64,000 nucleotides of DNA from Felis catus (lineage: Eukaryota): the NCBI RefSeq assembly GCF_018350175.1, contig NC_058368.1, positions 66,900,001-66,964,000 on the forward strand, given 5' to 3'. Positions within the stretch are counted from its first letter, which is position 1; each line of letters starts with the position of its first letter. Below, piece after piece: positions 63,859-64,000 of this stretch. The position numbers and the translations under genes were made by a program. The notes under the pieces were generated by a model. It was not told the DNA's origin. It worked only from the letters and a program-made list of their open reading frames with translations, and made no database searches.

Positions 63859-64000
63859 CCGCAAGCAGGGTAGAGACAGAGAGAGGAGCAGAGACAGAGA
63901 GAATCCCAAGCAGGCTTCCTAATGTCAACACAGAGCCCGGAGTGGGGTTCAAGCTCACAAACTGTGAGATCGTGACCTGTGCTGAAACCAAGAGTCAGAA
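63545..64000 (-). mobile_element. Two tandem Can-SINEs (63545-63767; ~63785 to window end)
   Basis: Two T-rich tails with (GA)n and SINE bodies; the second is cut by the window edge. Confidence 0.92.

Overview
This is mammalian genomic DNA, almost certainly from a felid: about 30 feline-type tRNA-derived Can-SINEs and feline-type L1 3' ends are present. The right half carries the 3' end of ABCC4 (MRP4) on the minus strand. Four coding exons (63336-63164, 62732-62627, 53789-53655, 41189-41082) splice in frame with GT-AG boundaries and encode the end of NBD2 and the C-terminal ETAL PDZ-binding motif. A ~1.7 kb 3' UTR ends at an AATAAA near 39.4 kb. The left 39 kb is intergenic and repeat-rich (SINE, L1, MaLR LTR, MER5, MIR, microsatellites), with an orphan CpG island at ~29.4-30.3 kb. 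Almost all other ORFs in the track are repeat- or GC-derived noise. I found no new multi-gene system. The best leads are: a TSD-bounded young-L1/old-L1 cassette that looks like a 3' transduction; the promoter-like orphan CpG island; a possible in-frame alternative last exon inside the ABCC4 3' UTR that would remove the PDZ motif; a head-to-head pair of variant SINEs; several unusual small retrotransposition products; and intronic enhancer/CTCF candidates. Repeat family names and boundaries are by-eye calls and approximate.
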